A stretch of DNA of 32,000 nt, taken from positions 120,001-152,000 of the forward strand of contig JAQVTI010000001.1 in the NCBI GenBank assembly GCA_028700115.1, written 5' to 3'. This DNA is from Candidatus Iainarchaeum sp. (GTDB taxonomy: Archaea; Iainarchaeota; Iainarchaeia; Iainarchaeales; CSSED10-239). A model generated the notes under the pieces. The model did not search any database and was not told where the DNA came from. It saw only the letters and a list, made by a program, of their open reading frames with translations. Below are positions 17,443 through 26,606 of this stretch, one piece after another. A program made the translations under genes and the position numbers. Each line of letters starts with the position of its first letter. Within the stretch, counting starts at the first letter, position 1.

Positions 17443-18792
17443 TTAAATAAATTTTAAAATATCAGATAAATCTTTTGGATCTTTAAAACAAATAACATTA
17501 TTTTTTTCTAAAGTTTCTAAAAAAATATTTGTTTGAAAACCACCAATTGCTAAAACAAATATTGGTTTCTTACTTTTTTTTCTAATATTTATAATTTCAA
17601 TTAAAATATCTTGATTAATAGTAGATAATTGAAATAAAAATAATAAAATTAAACAAGAAATATTTTTATCATTTAAACAAATATTTATAGTTTTTATAAA
17701 TCTAAAATTATCACAATCTCCAGTAAGATCTAAAGGATTTTTAATAACAGCATAACTTGGAACAATTTTTTTAATTTTTTCAAAAGACTTTTTTGAAATT
17801 GAAGGTAAATTAAAACCATTAAAATCTAATTGATCAGAAGTTAAAACTCCAAACCCACCACCATTTGTAATTATTTGGATATTAGAAAGATCTAAATAAT
17901 CATAATTTGAAAAAACTTTTGCAAGAGAAAACATTTCTGAAATAGAATTAACTAGATATGCCCCAGATTGTTTACAAGCAGATTTAAAAACATCAAAAGA
18001 CCCAGCAATTGCAGCTGTATGTGACGTTGCTGCAACAATTCCTTTATTTGATATTCCTCCTTTTAAGATAATTATTTTTTTAGACTTTGATACTTTTTTT
18101 AAAGTTTTTAAAAAAAGATTACCATCTTTAATTCCTTCAATATAACATAAAATAATTTTAGTATTTTTCTCATTTTCTAAACTTAATAATAAATCAGATT
18201 CAGAAATATCTAAAGAATTACCATATGAAAAAAATTTACTAACACCTATATTTTCAAAATTAGCTCTATCTAAAAAAGATAAACCTAAAGCACCAGATTG
18301 AGATATCAAAGATACATTCCCTTTTTGTGGGAATTTAACTTCAGAAGAAATAAATGAAGCATTTAAATTATTATATAGATCTACATACCCAAGGCAATTT
18401 GGACCTAAAAGATTAATTTTATTTTTATCTAAGATATTTTTTAAATCTAAAGATAATTGTTTATTTCCAATTTCTAAAAAACCAGATGAAATTAAAATAA
18501 TATTTTTACAAGTTGTTTTAGATATATCTTTAATTACATCTAAAATAAGATTATGAGAAATGGCAATAATTACTATATCTATTTGTTTATTAATATCTAA
18601 AATTGACGAAAAAACTTTTTTATTAAAAATATATTTCCCAGAAAGTCTTGGATTTACATAAAAAACATCTTTTTTAAAAAAAGAAAGATTTTTAGAAATA
18701 GTATAACCTATACTATTTTCTTTATCAGAAGCACCTATTAAACAAATAGAAGACACATTATAAAAAGTATTTAAATTTTTCATATTTTTCAA
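17443..18792 (-). CDS. Acetyl-CoA synthetase (ADP-forming), alpha subunit
   Basis: 449 aa; CoA-binding 'ICLIGASDKENSIGYTISKNL', 'LLGPNCLGYVD', 'LISQSGALGLSFLD', phosphohistidine loop 'AATSHTAAIAGSFDVFKSACKQSG'. Confidence 0.92.
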   Translation of the reverse strand: MKNMKNLNTFYNVSSICLIGASDKENSIGYTISKNLSFFKKDVFYVNPRLSGKYIFNKKVFSSILDINKQIDIVIIAISHNLILDVIKDISKTTCKNIILISSGFLEIGNKQLSLDLKNILDKNKINLLGPNCLGYVDLYNNLNASFISSEVKFPQKGNVSLISQSGALGLSFLDRANFENIGVSKFFSYGNSLDISESDLLLSLENEKNTKIILCYIEGIKDGNLFLKTLKKVSKSKKIIILKGGISNKGIVAATSHTAAIAGSFDVFKSACKQSGAYLVNSISEMFSLAKVFSNYDYLDLSNIQIITNGGGFGVLTSDQLDFNGFNLPSISKKSFEKIKKIVPSYAVIKNPLDLTGDCDNFRFIKTINICLNDKNISCLILLFLFQLSTINQDILIEIINIRKKSKKPIFVLAIGGFQTNIFLETLEKNNVICFKDPKDLSDILKFI

Positions 18793-18935
18793 TATTTTTT
18801 TATAAAATATATATTATTTTTAATTATAAAATTTTTATAAATATTATAATTTTAGAAACATATAAATATACAATAGTTAATTATATAAATATATATATTT
18901 TAATAAAAATATATTTTACAAAAATAAAGATAATT

Positions 18936-19502
18936 ATGAATCAAAAAAGTGAAATAATATTTTATGGAAGAGGTGGACTTGGAGCAAAAACAGCAGCACA
19001 AATTCTTGCAGAAGCAGCAAATATAGAAGAAAAAAATATCCAAGCTTTTCCAGAATATGGTCCAGAAAGAAGAGGAGCACCTGTTAGATCTTTTGTTAGA
19101 ATATCAGATAAACATATAAGAGTGCATGAACCAATTTTAAATCCAGACTACATAGTTGTAATTGATTCAAACTTATTTGATGTTATTGAAAATTTAAAAG
19201 AATTTAATGGAACTTATATAATTAATACAAATAAACCTAAAGATTATTTTAAAAAAATTCTTAAAAATAAAAAATTTATTTTAATAGATGGAACTAAGAT
19301 TGCTTTAGAAAATCTAAAAATAAATAATCCAAATATAGTTTTGATTGGAGCTTTAATTAAACAAAGTAAAATTATTAAATTAAGTTCTGTTGAAAAAATA
19401 ATTGAAGAAGAATTTACAAAAAAAGGAAAAGAATATTTTATTAAGCCTAATTTAAAATGTTTAAATGAAGGTTATAATTATAATTTTAAAAAGAAAAAAT
19501 AA
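18936..19502 (+). CDS. porC: Pyruvate:ferredoxin oxidoreductase gamma subunit
   Basis: 'IIFYGRGGLGAKTAAQILAEAANIEEKNIQAFPEYGPERRGAPVRSFVRIS' PorC signature. Confidence 0.95.
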   Translation: MNQKSEIIFYGRGGLGAKTAAQILAEAANIEEKNIQAFPEYGPERRGAPVRSFVRISDKHIRVHEPILNPDYIVVIDSNLFDVIENLKEFNGTYIINTNKPKDYFKKILKNKKFILIDGTKIALENLKINNPNIVLIGALIKQSKIIKLSSVEKIIEEEFTKKGKEYFIKPNLKCLNEGYNYNFKKKK

Positions 19503-19524
19503 ATAAATTTAGGATAAAATAAAT

Positions 19525-19839
19525 ATGGAAAATAAAAAAAAATCTAAAGAACTACCAATTGGAAGTATACTTCCAGGAGGAACTTCAACTAAAAACAAAA
19601 CAGGTTCTTGGAAAGATAAAGTTCCTGTTTGGGATGAAAAAAAATGTATTCATTGTATGATATGTTATAATAAATGCCCAGAAAACTGTATTCTTGCACA
19701 AGTTAAAGCAGGAAAAATTAAAAGAACAAAAACAGATTTAGAATACTGCAAAGGTTGTGGAATTTGTGCAAAGGTTTGTCCAGTTGGAGCAATAACTATG
19801 AAAGATGCAAGTGAAGTTGAAAAAGAAAATAAAAAATGA
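19525..19839 (+). CDS. porD: Pyruvate:ferredoxin oxidoreductase delta subunit (2x[4Fe-4S] ferredoxin)
   Basis: 'CIHCMICYNKCPENC' and 'CKGCGICAKVCPVGAI'; between porC and porA. Confidence 0.95.
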   Translation: MENKKKSKELPIGSILPGGTSTKNKTGSWKDKVPVWDEKKCIHCMICYNKCPENCILAQVKAGKIKRTKTDLEYCKGCGICAKVCPVGAITMKDASEVEKENKK

Positions 19840-19853
19840 ATTTGTGAAAAATT

Positions 19854-21014
19854 ATGAAAAATAAAAAAATGGCATTAACAGGTGGAGAAGCAATCTCATA
19901 TGCTTTAAAACAAATTAATCCAGATGTTGTGGCGATGTATCCAATAACTCCACAAACTCCTATTATTGAAAGATATTCAAAATATGTTGCAGATGGAGAA
20001 GTAGATACTGAACTAATTAGAGTTGAATCAGAACACTCTGCACTTTCAGCCACAATCGGAGCTGCTGCTTCAGGGTCTCGTGCAGTTACAGCAACAGCTT
20101 CTCAAGGTTTACTTTATATGTTTGAAGTTTTATCTGTTGCTTCAGGACTAAGACTTCCAATTGTTATGCCTGTTGTAAATAGAGCAATATCTTCTCCAAT
20201 AAACATACACTGCGATCATTCAGATTCAATGTCTGCAATTGATCAAGGTTGGATGCAAGTATATTGTCAAAATGCACAAGAAAGTTATGAAATGACTTTA
20301 TTTGCAACTAAGCTTGCAGAAAAAGTAAACTTACCTATTATGGTTTGTCAAGATGGATTTATAACTTCCCATAATCTAGAAAACATAGAAGTTTTTAATG
20401 ATAATAAAGTTAAAAAATTTATTGAGGACTACAAACCAGCATATAATTTATTAGATGTAGATAAACCTATATCAATTGGACCTTTAGCCTTAACAGATTA
20501 TTATTTTGAAATAAGAGCACAATTATTTGAAGCTTTTTCAAAAATTAAAAAAGAATTTAAAGAAATTTCAAATGAGTTTAAAGAAACTTTTGACATGAAA
20601 ATTAATTTTTTAGAAAAATATAAATCAAATGATGCAGAAATTATTTTTATATGCTTAAGCTCAACTGCTGAAAGTATAAAAGATGTAATTGATACTTATA
20701 GAGATAATGGTTATAAGGTAGGACTTGTAAGACCAGTTTTATTTAGACCATTTTTTTATGAAGAATATGCAAAAGAATTAGAAAATGCAAAAACAGTAGT
20801 TGTTTTAGATAGATCTGAAGGTCCAGGAAGCCATGCACCTTTGTTTAAAGACATAGTTATTTCTTTAACAAACATAGAAAAAAGACCAGAAGTTTTTTCT
20901 TTTGTTTATGGACTTGGTGGAAGAGAGATTTATCAAAAAGATATATGTAAATTATTAGATACTTTAATCTCTGGTAAGCTTCCAAAAAGTAAATATATTG
21001 GACTTAGAGAATAA
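19854..21014 (+). CDS. porA: Pyruvate:ferredoxin oxidoreductase alpha subunit
   Basis: 'ALTGGEAISYALKQINPDVVAMYPITPQTPIIERYSKYVADGEVDTELIRVESEHSALSATIGAAASGSRAVTATASQGLLYM'. Confidence 0.96.
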   Translation: MKNKKMALTGGEAISYALKQINPDVVAMYPITPQTPIIERYSKYVADGEVDTELIRVESEHSALSATIGAAASGSRAVTATASQGLLYMFEVLSVASGLRLPIVMPVVNRAISSPINIHCDHSDSMSAIDQGWMQVYCQNAQESYEMTLFATKLAEKVNLPIMVCQDGFITSHNLENIEVFNDNKVKKFIEDYKPAYNLLDVDKPISIGPLALTDYYFEIRAQLFEAFSKIKKEFKEISNEFKETFDMKINFLEKYKSNDAEIIFICLSSTAESIKDVIDTYRDNGYKVGLVRPVLFRPFFYEEYAKELENAKTVVVLDRSEGPGSHAPLFKDIVISLTNIEKRPEVFSFVYGLGGREIYQKDICKLLDTLISGKLPKSKYIGLRE

Positions 21015-23469
21015 TTTTAAATTTGTGAAAAATATGAATAATTCAGAACTTGCAATAAAGATTAATGAAAATAAAAAATTAGTTCCAGGACATAGAACAT
21101 GTGCAGGATGCCCTATTGCTGTGATATTAAGAACAGCACTTGCTTCAACTGATAAAAAAATAGTTGTAGCTTCAGCTACTTCTTGTGCAGAAGTAACTAC
21201 TACAATATATCCTTATACATCTTGGAATGTTCCTTGGATGCATTCTGTTTTTGCAAATGCAGCTGCAACTATTTCAGGAATTGAAAGTTCTTATAAAGCT
21301 TTAAAGAAAAAAGGCAAAATAAAAAAAGATATTAGATTTTTAGCTTTTGGTGGAGATGGTGGATGTTACATTCCAAAAACAAAAATATTAACTACAGAAG
21401 GTTTTAAAAATGTAGAAAAAATAACTACAAAAGATTTAATTTGGTCAATAAATCCAAAAAATAAAACTTTAGAAAAATCAAAAATAAAAAAAATGCATAA
21501 ATATAATTATAATGAAAAAATAATTTCTGTAAATCACAATTTTGTACATTTTGATGTATCTTTACAACACAACATTCCAATTTATAATAAATTAAATAAC
21601 AAAATAGAAGCTATTAAAGCACATGAATTATTAAATTATGGTAGAAGTGATAAAATAAATATAATAACAGGTGATTTAAACTGGAAAGGTAAAAATAAAA
21701 AATATTTTGAATTACCAAAAATTAAATACAACAAAAATTCAAATAATAAAAAGGACATACCTAAAATAAATATGAAAATTTGGTTAGAATTTTTTGGATA
21801 TTGGATATCTGAAGGACACCTTTCAAAACATAATAGTAAAAGAAATATATACAACACTTTTATATCTCAAACAAAAAAAGCAACTATTAAAAAAATAGAT
21901 AAATGCTTAAAACAAACTAAAATAAATTATTGGTATAATAAAGATAGATTTTGTATAAGTAATCAAAAATTATGGGTATATTTAGAACAATTTGGAAAAG
22001 CAAAAGACAAATATATTCCTCAAGAATTTAAAGAATTATCAAAAGACTATTTACAAATATTATTAAATTCATTAATGGAAGGAGACGGCACAATAATTAA
22101 AAGACTTAAAAGCACAGCTTATTCTTATAGTACAATTTCAAAAAAATTAAAAGACGATGTAATTGAAATTGCACTTAAATTAGGATATAGAGTGCATTTA
22201 GATGAAAGAACTAGAAAAAACAGAAAAGAATACAGTATATCTTTTTCAAATTACAAACCAACAAGATTAGCAAACCTAAGAAAAAAACACATCACAAATT
22301 ATAATTATAAAGGAAAAATATATTGTCCAGAATTAGAAAAAAACCACATCATGGTTATTGAAAAAGATGGGCGAATAAGTTTAAATATGAATAGTTTCGA
22401 CATTGGACTTCAAAGTCTATCAGGAGCATTAGAAAGAGGACATGATTTTACATATATATGTTATACAAACGAAGGATATATGAATTGTTTATCTACAGAT
22501 TCACTAATTATGACTGAATCAGGATTAAAACAAATTACAGAAATTAAAAAAGGAGAAAAAGTTTGGGCTTTTGATCAAAAAACATATCAACCTGTTTTAA
22601 AAAAATGCACAGGTGTATTTGATAATGGTAGAAAAAAAGTATATGAAATTGAAACTATACATCAAAATATAAAAGCAACATCTAATCATCCGTTCTTAGT
22701 ATTAAAAAGAAATAAAAATAAAGAAAATGAATTTGTTTGGAAAACAGTTACAGAACTTAAAAAAGATGACGAAATTGTAACTCTTAAAAAGAAATTTTAT
22801 AAAAACTTAGATATAAATAAAAATCTAAAAAATGATTATAAAATACAAAATAATCATTATTTTATAATAAGAAAAATAAAAAATATAATTCCTAGAAAAA
22901 TAGAACAAACATTAGATTTAAGAGTTGAAGGAGAACACAATTTTATTGCAAATGGAATTGTTGTTCATAACACAGGAAATCAGAGATCTTCAGCAACACC
23001 TTATGGAGCATCAACAACTACAACTCCTTCTGGAAAAGTTTCTTTTGGTAAAGAAAAATTCCAAAAAGATCTTGCACAAATTATAATTGCACACAACATA
23101 CCTTATGTGGCAACTGCAAATCCAGAATTCCAAATTGATATGTATGAAAAAATGAAAAAAGCTTTTGAAACAAAAGGACCTTCATTTATTTTAATTTTTG
23201 CAGCATGCCCTACAAACATGAAAGCAGATCCATCAGAGACATTTACAATTAGTAAAATGGCTACTGAGACAAATTACTTCCCACTTTATGAATATGAGAA
23301 TAGAAAATATAAAATTAATTATAAACCTTTTAAAAAAGTTCCAATTGAAGAATTTTTAAAACTACAAACAAAATTTAGAGAAGTTTTAAAAGATAAAAAA
23401 GAAATTAAAATCATACAAGAACACGTAGATGAAAAATGGAATAGTATTCTAAAAAAGGAAGAAAAATAA
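20998..23469 (+). CDS. porB: Pyruvate:ferredoxin oxidoreductase beta subunit interrupted by two in-frame inteins (real start probably ATG at 21034)
   Basis: 823-aa ORF; removing aa 123-465 and 628-789 leaves '...[63 protein letters not shown]...', a continuous PorB of 318 aa (306 from the downstream ATG). Confidence 0.96.
   Translation: [823 protein letters not shown]
21364..22392 (+). mobile_element. Intein 1 in PorB (343 aa), with LAGLIDADG-type (DOD) homing endonuclease domain
   Basis: Starts at Cys (TGT 21364) in '[29 protein letters not shown]' (block A); block-B-like '[12 protein letters not shown]'; endonuclease motifs '[12 protein letters not shown]' and '[12 protein letters not shown]'; block F/G '[26 protein letters not shown]' followed by extein Ser. 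Confidence 0.93.
22486..22971 (+). mobile_element. Intein 2 in PorB (162 aa mini-intein, no recognisable endonuclease)
   Basis: Starts at Cys (TGT 22486) '[30 protein letters not shown]' (block A); '[12 protein letters not shown]' (block B, TxxH); '[21 protein letters not shown]' (blocks F/G, terminal HN) followed by extein Thr. Confidence 0.95.
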
Positions 23470-23483
23470 AAAAGGTTTTAATT

Positions 23484-24191
23484 GTGCCAAACATCTCAAC
23501 ACATGCAAAAATAATTAAAGAAGTTTATTCTAAAAATAAAAAATTTAATTTAGATTATTTAGTATCTGGAAGTATATTTCCAGATTATTACTATTTTTTA
23601 AAATATCAAAAATATAATGACCCCACTAATTTACTACATTCTAAACTTGCAAAAAGATACTCAGAAAAACTAATTAAATCTGCAAAAAACAAAAAAGAAC
23701 TTTCTTTTGCAATAGGTGTTTATTCACACATTATAGTTGACCAAAAAGTTCATGCATATTTAAGAAAAAACAAACTTGAAAAAAACATAAATCACCTAGT
23801 AATTGAACATTTTTTAGAGATAAAACAACATACACCTGTTAACAAAATATTAATTTGTAAAAATTTAATTAAAAGAACTATTCCTAAAAAATATTATATA
23901 CATTTAAAAAAAATAAATTTATTTAATTCAATTAAATTTATTTTATTTAATAAAACTATATTTTTTTTAATAAAACAAAAATACATAAATAAAAAAAGAT
24001 CTAAGAAAAAAAGTATATGGAATTTAATTTTAAGAATAGGTTATAAAAGACCACTTAAAAGAGTAGAGTTTACAGATATAGAAAAAATAGTAAATCCTAA
24101 TTTTAAATTAAAAAAACATATAAAAAATATAGAAAAAGAAATAAATTTATCTAAAAAAGAAATAATTAAAAAAATCAAAGAATTAATTTAA
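23484..24191 (+). CDS. Zinc-dependent phospholipase C-like protein (GTG start)
   Basis: 'MPNISTHAKIIKEVY', 'SGSIFPDYYY', 'LLHSKLAKRYSEKL', 'AIGVYSHIIVDQKVHAYL' His/Asp spacing resembles the Zn-dependent PLC fold. Confidence 0.68.
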   Translation: MPNISTHAKIIKEVYSKNKKFNLDYLVSGSIFPDYYYFLKYQKYNDPTNLLHSKLAKRYSEKLIKSAKNKKELSFAIGVYSHIIVDQKVHAYLRKNKLEKNINHLVIEHFLEIKQHTPVNKILICKNLIKRTIPKKYYIHLKKINLFNSIKFILFNKTIFFLIKQKYINKKRSKKKSIWNLILRIGYKRPLKRVEFTDIEKIVNPNFKLKKHIKNIEKEINLSKKEIIKKIKELI

Positions 24192-25370
24192 TAATTCTTT
24201 AACATCTCTAATCATTTGTAATTCTTCATTTGTTGGAATAACTAAAACTTTAATTAAACTATCTTCTGATGAAATTATTAATTCATTTGAATTATTTTTA
24301 CTTTCATCTAACTTAAGTCCTAAAAAACTAAAATGATCTAAAACAAGTTTTCTTAAAAAAGGAGAATGCTCTCCAACTCCTCCTGTAAAAACAATTACAT
24401 TTATTCCTTTCATCTCAGAAATGTATGCACCAATTATTTTAATTATTCTATTTACTAAAATATCATTTGCAAGAGTACAATCTTTACAACCTTTAATTGC
24501 ATTTTCTTCAATATACCTATGATCACTTGATTGCTTAGATATTCCTAAAAGCCCAGATTGTTTATTTATTAATTTTTTAATATCTTCTTTAGAATAACCA
24601 TTTTCTAATAAAAATAAAATTATTTCAGGATCAAAACTTCCAGATCTAGTTCCCATTGGAAGACCATCTAAAGGAGTAAAACCCATAGAAGTATCAAAAC
24701 TTTTACCATTTTTAATAGCACATATACTTTGACCATTCCCTAAATGACATGTAATTATATTTATTGAATCATAATCTTTTTCTAAAATCTCACATGCTTT
24801 TCTTGAAACAAACTTATGAGAGGATCCATGAAAACCATAACTTCTAATTTTAAATTTTTCATAAAGCTCTATTGGAAGAGCATATAAATAATTTTCTAAA
24901 GGTATAGTTGAATGGAATGCTGTATCAAAAACCCCAAAATGCTTTGTAGATTCTGGCAAATGACCTTTTAAAATTTCAACACATTTTAAATTTACAGGAT
25001 TATGAAGCGGTGCTAAAAAATTATATTTTTTTAAATCTTCTAAAACCTCAGAAGTAAGCTCTGTTGTTTTATTATATTTTTCAGCTCCATGAACAATTCT
25101 ATGAACAACATAATTAATTTCAAAAAAAGAAGTAATAATATTATTTTCTATTAAAAAATCTAAAAGATTAGAAACAGCTAAATCATGTTCTAAAATATCA
25201 AACTCATCTTTTAATTTTTTATCATTAAATTTAATTTTTCTAAGACAAGTTCTACCAGAAACTCCAATTCCATCAAATTGTCCAACAATTAATGTTTTTT
25301 CATTTTCAAAATCGGCTAATTCAAATTTTAAAGAACTACTACCTGCATTAATTACTAAAATATTACTCAT
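24183..25370 (-). CDS. ackA: Acetate kinase
   Basis: 'ILVINAGSSSLKFELAD', 'YVVHRIVHGAEKY', 'PLHNPVNLKCVEIL', 'AVFDTAFHSTIP', 'SFDTSMGFTPLDGLPMGTRSGSFDPEI', 'VFTGGVGEHSPFLRK'. Confidence 0.97.
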   Translation of the reverse strand: MSNILVINAGSSSLKFELADFENEKTLIVGQFDGIGVSGRTCLRKIKFNDKKLKDEFDILEHDLAVSNLLDFLIENNIITSFFEINYVVHRIVHGAEKYNKTTELTSEVLEDLKKYNFLAPLHNPVNLKCVEILKGHLPESTKHFGVFDTAFHSTIPLENYLYALPIELYEKFKIRSYGFHGSSHKFVSRKACEILEKDYDSINIITCHLGNGQSICAIKNGKSFDTSMGFTPLDGLPMGTRSGSFDPEIILFLLENGYSKEDIKKLINKQSGLLGISKQSSDHRYIEENAIKGCKDCTLANDILVNRIIKIIGAYISEMKGINVIVFTGGVGEHSPFLRKLVLDHFSFLGLKLDESKNNSNELIISSEDSLIKVLVIPTNEELQMIRDVKELLN

Positions 25371-25448
25371 AATTTATTCCTCACATATTTTTAAAAATAA
25401 AAAAAGAAAATGTATTTTTATAAAAATACATTATAAAAAATTATAAAA

Positions 25449-26600
25449 TTATTTAACAAAAATTTTATTTTTAATTTTTTCTGGGAGATATTTTTTTGCA
25501 ACAAAATCTAAAGATTTATTTGCAAGAGCTTGTTGCTCTATCCTGATTTTTTTATCAAGTGCAATCTTTAATTCTTTTTGCCAACCAGGAGTATTAAACC
25601 AATCATATTTCATTAATTCTTTTGCTCTTTTAATATCCCCATCTTTCATCTTCTCAGTTACATTTTGTAAACCATATGTTTCTACATCTGTTAAAGTCAT
25701 ACCAACATATTCAGCATCTGGAACTGCAAGATATTTTGAATGAGCTGCAAGAGCCATAGACCCACTTTTAATTACAGAAAAAATATACCATCCATAAGGA
25801 TCCCCATCTGTAAAAACAATCACAGGTAAATTAAATTCATATCTTAATCTATGAATTAATCTTCTTGTACCTCTTGCAGCTTGCCCACCTGTTCCTATTA
25901 AAATAGCTCTATTTTCTTTTGTAAATCTTTCTTCAATTAATCTCCCATACATTGCAGAGGTTTCAATAACTAAAACATAATCTGCATTAACTTCTTTAAT
26001 TTCAATCTCTTCAGGTTCAAGTCTAGACATAATAGACCATCCCCCTCTTCCAAGAGTAGAACAATTAAATTCATCATTATCATGCTTTTTATCAATTAAA
26101 GTAATATCCCCATATAAAGATCCTTTAGGATCTGCATGAAGACCTAATTTTTCTCTAATAGTATTTACTGAATGTTCAATATCCACAATTACATCATTTG
26201 ATTCTTCTTGGGCATCAAAAGTGTTTTCTTTAGTACCTTCTACAGTTCTTTTAAGTTCATAATAAATTTCTCTGATAGATGCAGTTTTATCATGAATTAA
26301 ATAATCATAACATTTATCATTTACTAAAACAGTTTGCATGAATTTTCTTGCAGCTCCAAGATTTAAAAAAGGTCTTGTTACTTTTTTATCTCCTAATTGT
26401 ATAAAATTATTTTTTTCATCAAAATAAACATTTGAATATCCTCTAACTCTAGTTGTAAAAGTAGGAGAATGATTATTTTCAATCTGATGTGCAATATTTT
26501 TTGATATTTCAAAAACTCTTTTTGCAATATCTTTCTTCCCTTCAATTTCATGCTCTTCTAATTTATTTTTTTCTTGTTTTTTAACATTCATAAAAATCAC
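25449..26600 (-). CDS. top6A: DNA topoisomerase VI subunit A (Spo11-like)
   Basis: Catalytic Tyr region 'ASIREIYYELKRTVEGT'; Toprim 'FPVIVFTDGDPYGWYIFSVIKSGS' (ORF reads LPVIVFTDGDPYGW-like); adjacent to top6B. Confidence 0.95.
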   Translation of the reverse strand: MIFMNVKKQEKNKLEEHEIEGKKDIAKRVFEISKNIAHQIENNHSPTFTTRVRGYSNVYFDEKNNFIQLGDKKVTRPFLNLGAARKFMQTVLVNDKCYDYLIHDKTASIREIYYELKRTVEGTKENTFDAQEESNDVIVDIEHSVNTIREKLGLHADPKGSLYGDITLIDKKHDNDEFNCSTLGRGGWSIMSRLEPEEIEIKEVNADYVLVIETSAMYGRLIEERFTKENRAILIGTGGQAARGTRRLIHRLRYEFNLPVIVFTDGDPYGWYIFSVIKSGSMALAAHSKYLAVPDAEYVGMTLTDVETYGLQNVTEKMKDGDIKRAKELMKYDWFNTPGWQKELKIALDKKIRIEQQALANKSLDFVAKKYLPEKIKNKIFVK

Positions 26601-26606
26601 AAATTT

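Noticed and set aside
19796-21857. Minus-strand ORFs 19796..20053 and 21636..21857
   Set aside because: Antisense to porD/porA and intein 1; no recognisable products.
20998-23469. porB region as several genes or a frameshifted/assembly-duplicated gene
   Set aside because: The frame is continuous and the extra segments have intein blocks A/B/F/G with exact Cys...Asn|Ser/Thr junctions, so inteins explain it better.
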